From Candidatus Krumholzibacteriia bacterium (GTDB taxonomy: Bacteria > Krumholzibacteriota > Krumholzibacteriia > Krumholzibacteriales > Krumholzibacteriaceae), in contig CAWIIQ010000001.1 of NCBI GenBank assembly GCA_963836185.1, positions 960,001 to 1,024,000 on the forward strand: 64,000 bases of DNA, read 5' to 3'. This document shows, piece after piece, positions 61,471-64,000 of the stretch (its first letter is position 1; each line of letters begins with the position of its first letter). The notes under the pieces were generated by a model. It had not been told where the DNA came from. It ran no database searches and saw only the letters and a program-made list of their open reading frames with translations. A program made the translations under genes and the position numbers.

Positions 61471-62529
61471 ATGAAAGCGCTAGTTACAGGTGCATCTGGA
61501 TTTGTAGGAGGCTATCTGGTCTCACGGCTCGTCGCGGGCGGGGCAGAGGTCCTCGGCCTGGATGCGGCCGCTGCGAAACCTGGGAAAACGCCGGATTCCG
61601 GCGGCGGGACAGGTTCGGGCTCATTCGAGATCGATGGGAGGATGCTGCCGCCTGAATTTCCCGGGAAAGGGGCCGAGATAAGGAGGTGCGACCTGCTCGA
61701 CGCTGAATCTGTCGAACAGGCTGTTTCCGACTGGTCCCCTGATGTGATCTTTCATCTCGCGGCGCAGAGTTCAGCCGCCAGGTCCTTCCAGGACCCGGCG
61801 GGAACTATGCGTACGAATGTCATGGGAACGCTCAATCTGCTCGAAGCGGTCCGCAGGAACCAGAAAGCGAGAATCGTTTTAACGGGCTCTGCCGAGGAGT
61901 ACGGAAAGCGTGACTCCTGCGAGATGCCGCTTCTGGAGAATTCTCTGCTGGAGCCGGTCAGTCCGTACGCCGCAAGCAAGGCTGCTCAGAATATACTCGC
62001 CATGCAGTATCATCGCGCCTTCGGTATCGAGGTTGTCGCGACGAGAAGTTTCAGCCATACGGGACCGGGCCAGACCACGGTCTTTGTGCTTCCGTCATTC
62101 GCCAGGCAGTGCGCTGAAATTAAGACCGGCCTGAGGGAACCTGTACTTCGCACCGGCAATCTCGAGGTGGCGCGTGACTTTCTTGATGTAAGGGATGTTG
62201 TGGAAGCATACCTGCTGCTGGCCGAGAAGGGGACGCCTGGCGCGACGTATAATGTCTGTTCAGGGAGCGCTCTGGCGTTGACTGACGCGGTGGAGCAGTT
62301 GACCGCGATGACCGGAGTCAAAGTCTCGGTGGAGCCGGATCCGGAGCGTTTCAGGCCGGCTGATGTCCCTGTCCTGACAGGAGACAATGGAAGACTTATA
62401 GAAGATTGCGGCTGGTCCGCCGCCATCGGAAGGGGTAAGATGCTCAGCGACCTCTTCGCGTGGTGGGAGGCCTCCGTAAGGGTTGCGAATAACCAGATAA
62501 CACATCGTCCGCAAAGTACGGACTGCTGA
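61471..62529 (+). CDS. GDP-4-keto-6-deoxymannose reductase/GMD-like SDR paralogue
   Basis: TGASGFVG, HLAAQS, GSAEEYG, YAASK and GNL...RDF.DVRD. Confidence 0.85.
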   Translation: MKALVTGASGFVGGYLVSRLVAGGAEVLGLDAAAAKPGKTPDSGGGTGSGSFEIDGRMLPPEFPGKGAEIRRCDLLDAESVEQAVSDWSPDVIFHLAAQSSAARSFQDPAGTMRTNVMGTLNLLEAVRRNQKARIVLTGSAEEYGKRDSCEMPLLENSLLEPVSPYAASKAAQNILAMQYHRAFGIEVVATRSFSHTGPGQTTVFVLPSFARQCAEIKTGLREPVLRTGNLEVARDFLDVRDVVEAYLLLAEKGTPGATYNVCSGSALALTDAVEQLTAMTGVKVSVEPDPERFRPADVPVLTGDNGRLIEDCGWSAAIGRGKMLSDLFAWWEASVRVANNQITHRPQSTDC

Positions 62530-62544
62530 AACAAGGAGTGATCG

Positions 62545-63867
62545 ATGCCTAAGATCTGTATGGTCGGGACCGGATATGTAGGACTGGTAAGCGGCGCCTG
62601 CCTGGCTGATTTTGGAAATGAAGTAATCTGTGTCGATATTGACAGTGACAGGATAGAGAAGATACAGAACGGAATCATGCCGATATATGAGCCCGGGCTC
62701 AAGGAACTTGTCGCGAGGAACTTCGAGGCGGGCAGGCTCAATTTTACGACCGATCTCGCAGATTCGGTCAGGAAATCAGAAGTTATATTCTGTGCTGTAG
62801 GCACACCTATGGGCGATGACGGAGCGGCAGATCTGAGCGCTGTGTGGGCCGTTTCGAAAGACGTGGCGCTGGCTATGGACGAATACAAGGTGTTTGTCCA
62901 GAAAAGCACGGTCCCGGTCGGCACTTCCGAGGAGGTCGGCCGGATCATCAAGGAGAATCTGAAGGGCGACACTCCTTTCGACCGTGTATCCAACCCCGAA
63001 TTTCTTCGCGAAGGGTCTGCGATAGAGGATTTCATGAGGCCGAACAGGGTAGTCATCGGCGCCGAGACCGAGAAGTCGAAGGAGATTATGAGAGAGATCT
63101 ACCGTCCTCTCTACCTGCTCGAGACGCCGCTCGTCTTCACATCTATACGTACGGCGGAACTTATCAAGTACGCGAGCAACGCATTCCTCGCGGTGAAGAT
63201 ATCGTTCATAAACGAAATGTCGGATCTTTGCGAGAAGACCGGCGCGAATGTGAGCGAGGTAGCCAAAGGACTGGGGCTGGACAAGAGGATCGGACCGAAA
63301 TTCCTTCACGCCGGTGTCGGTTACGGCGGCTCCTGTCTTCCCAAGGATGTTTCCGCGATCCTTCGGACGGCGGACGATGTCGAGGCGGATCTTCGGGTCA
63401 TCGGCGCTGCAAGCGACGTCAACAGATCGCGTATAGACAGGCTGCTCGAAAAGCTCGAATCAGAACTGCCCGATGTGTCAGGGAGAAAGATCGCGGTGCT
63501 GGGCCTTTCATTCAAGCCGAACACAGACGACATCAGACATGCCCCATCGTTGAGGCTGATCGATCTTCTTCTCGCGAAGGGAGCTCAGATCTCGGCCTAC
63601 GATCCGATAGCCATGGATAACGTCAAGGGATCGTACAGTGGAAAAATCGAGTTTCACGATGACGCCTATTCGGCCATGAACGGCGCAGAGGCATTGGTAA
63701 TAATGACAGAGTGGAATGAATTCAGGCAGCTCGACCTCGACAAGATCAAGGATGTGCTGACTGAACCCATTGTGATAGATTGCCGCAACATCTACAAACC
63801 ATCCATAATGAATGGACTTGGATTCAGGTATCATTCATTCGGCCGGCCCGGGGATGCGGATATCTGA
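62545..63867 (+). CDS. ugd: UDP-glucose 6-dehydrogenase
   Basis: GTGYVGL, KSTVP, NPEFLREG, KYASN, GYGGSCLPKD and FKPNTDD.R. Confidence 0.93.
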   Translation: MPKICMVGTGYVGLVSGACLADFGNEVICVDIDSDRIEKIQNGIMPIYEPGLKELVARNFEAGRLNFTTDLADSVRKSEVIFCAVGTPMGDDGAADLSAVWAVSKDVALAMDEYKVFVQKSTVPVGTSEEVGRIIKENLKGDTPFDRVSNPEFLREGSAIEDFMRPNRVVIGAETEKSKEIMREIYRPLYLLETPLVFTSIRTAELIKYASNAFLAVKISFINEMSDLCEKTGANVSEVAKGLGLDKRIGPKFLHAGVGYGGSCLPKDVSAILRTADDVEADLRVIGAASDVNRSRIDRLLEKLESELPDVSGRKIAVLGLSFKPNTDDIRHAPSLRLIDLLLAKGAQISAYDPIAMDNVKGSYSGKIEFHDDAYSAMNGAEALVIMTEWNEFRQLDLDKIKDVLTEPIVIDCRNIYKPSIMNGLGFRYHSFGRPGDADI

Positions 63868-63958
63868 GGCGATGGCTGATCTGAACTAGCGGGAGACCTG
63901 ATACTTCCGCGTACGAGATCGTGGGATCACACGGCTCGGAGATCCGAACGGAGGACAG

Positions 63959-64000
63959 ATGAAGAAGATCGTTGTTACCGGAGGAGCTGGATTCATCGGC
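63959..64000 (+). CDS. NAD-dependent epimerase/dehydratase (5' fragment)
   Basis: GGAGG RBS followed by MKKIVVTGGAGFIG. Confidence 0.85.
   Translation, partial: MKKIVVTGGAGFIG

Overview
A GC-rich bacterial chromosomal segment of mostly core genes. The lineage is inferred to be FCB-group (Krumholzibacteriota/Latescibacterota-like) from a C-terminal FlgD-Ig-type sorting domain and many D-S/T-x sequons. No rRNA, tRNA or CRISPR array was found. Housekeeping content includes a tricorn protease, rsgA, queD-queC-DUF366-queE, HU/IHF, ltaE, rsmI, tmk, ctpA, dusB, larBC, a PyrR-attenuated pyr operon and nucleotide-sugar genes. Six single-base (+1) frameshifts in four genes look like assembly errors. 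The main signals not shown by the ORF track are: (1) an in-frame UGA in a CxU motif followed by a SECIS-like hairpin, joining two ORFs into one membrane-anchored UshA-like selenoprotein; (2) three minus-strand sigma-54 (-24/-12) promoter motifs, each with a similar 25-bp site upstream, in front of an FHA/phosphatase/kinase operon, a TPR operon and an unannotated ~95-nt structured RNA, all near a giant pseudokinase-NTPase-TPR-GAF sigma-54 activator; (3) DUF366 embedded in the preQ0 operon; (4) a TPR lipoprotein tail dense in Bacteroidota-type O-glycosylation sequons; (5) a DUF222-like HNH nuclease. All family assignments come from motif recognition by eye, not database searches.
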